Part shown: in pieces, positions 63,853-64,000 of the stretch
How the letters are laid out: each line of letters opens with the position of its first letter
How positions within the stretch are numbered: the first letter of the stretch is position 1
IMG/VR virus record: IMGVR_UViG_3300044667_000075
Location: 32,001-96,000 of that record
Source of the DNA: a virus
Taxonomy: Duplodnaviria > Caudoviricetes
Length of the DNA stretch: 64,000 nucleotides
Reading direction: 5' to 3' (one strand)
Notes under the pieces: model-generated
Databases searched by the model: none
What the model saw: the letters and a program-made list of their open reading frames with translations, nothing else
Told to the model about the DNA's origin: nothing
Made by a program: the position numbers and the translations under genes

Positions 63853-63981
63853 CGCACCTCCCGGTGCGCAGGTGAACGGGTACTTCAAGGTTCGAATCCT
63901 CGTACGGGCTTCCGCAAGGTTCGCCTGTATCGCCCAATTGGCAGGGCTATCCCGGTCGCCGACCTGATCTCGGGAGGAGCG
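63853..63981 (+). ncRNA. YrlA-like Y RNA with permuted tRNA module
   Basis: T arm (63886-63902), closed acceptor stem TACGGGC/GCCTGTA, D arm GCCC-AATTGGCA-GGGC, GCCGA motif on the 3' strand. Confidence 0.75.
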
Positions 63982-64000
63982 CACGTCATAGGACGTGCCC

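Noticed and set aside
63886-63954. canonical tRNA gene
   Set aside because: The T arm precedes the D arm, there is no anticodon loop or CCA, and the acceptor stem is loop-closed; treated as a Y-RNA tRNA-mimic module.
1-64000. CRISPR or TIGR-like array, DGR, retron, intron
   Set aside because: No regularly spaced repeat-spacer array, no reverse transcriptase and no cas-like genes seen; the 63.7-kb units number only two and fit Y RNA better.

Overview
High-GC, gene-dense segment that looks like the non-structural part of a large temperate actinobacteriophage. It holds an amidase endolysin, a repressor/cro switch, ERF recombinase, HNH, DUF5131, VRR-NUC, a Rep protein with internal iterons, a primase-helicase, WhiB, two DNA methyltransferases and about 100 small translationally coupled hypothetical genes. 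No capsid, terminase or tail genes are in the window, so phage status is inferred. The same DNA carries plasmid-maintenance functions (ParA with an atypical partner, a Cre-like tyrosine recombinase with a lox-like site, a candidate RNA-type origin, a type I TA-like peptide locus). It also carries a Streptomyces-type conjugation module (TraA-like, FtsK-like TraB, Spd-like membrane proteins, a divergent GntR regulator, candidate cis repeats). The best overall reading is a conjugative phage-plasmid. Other highlights are tandem Y-RNA-like ncRNAs with a circularly permuted tRNA module at the right edge, a C5 methyltransferase with an overprinted 7-repeat protein, and several structured intergenic RNAs. 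Several homopolymer frameshifts suggest assembly errors. All family calls come from motif recognition by eye; no database searches were run.
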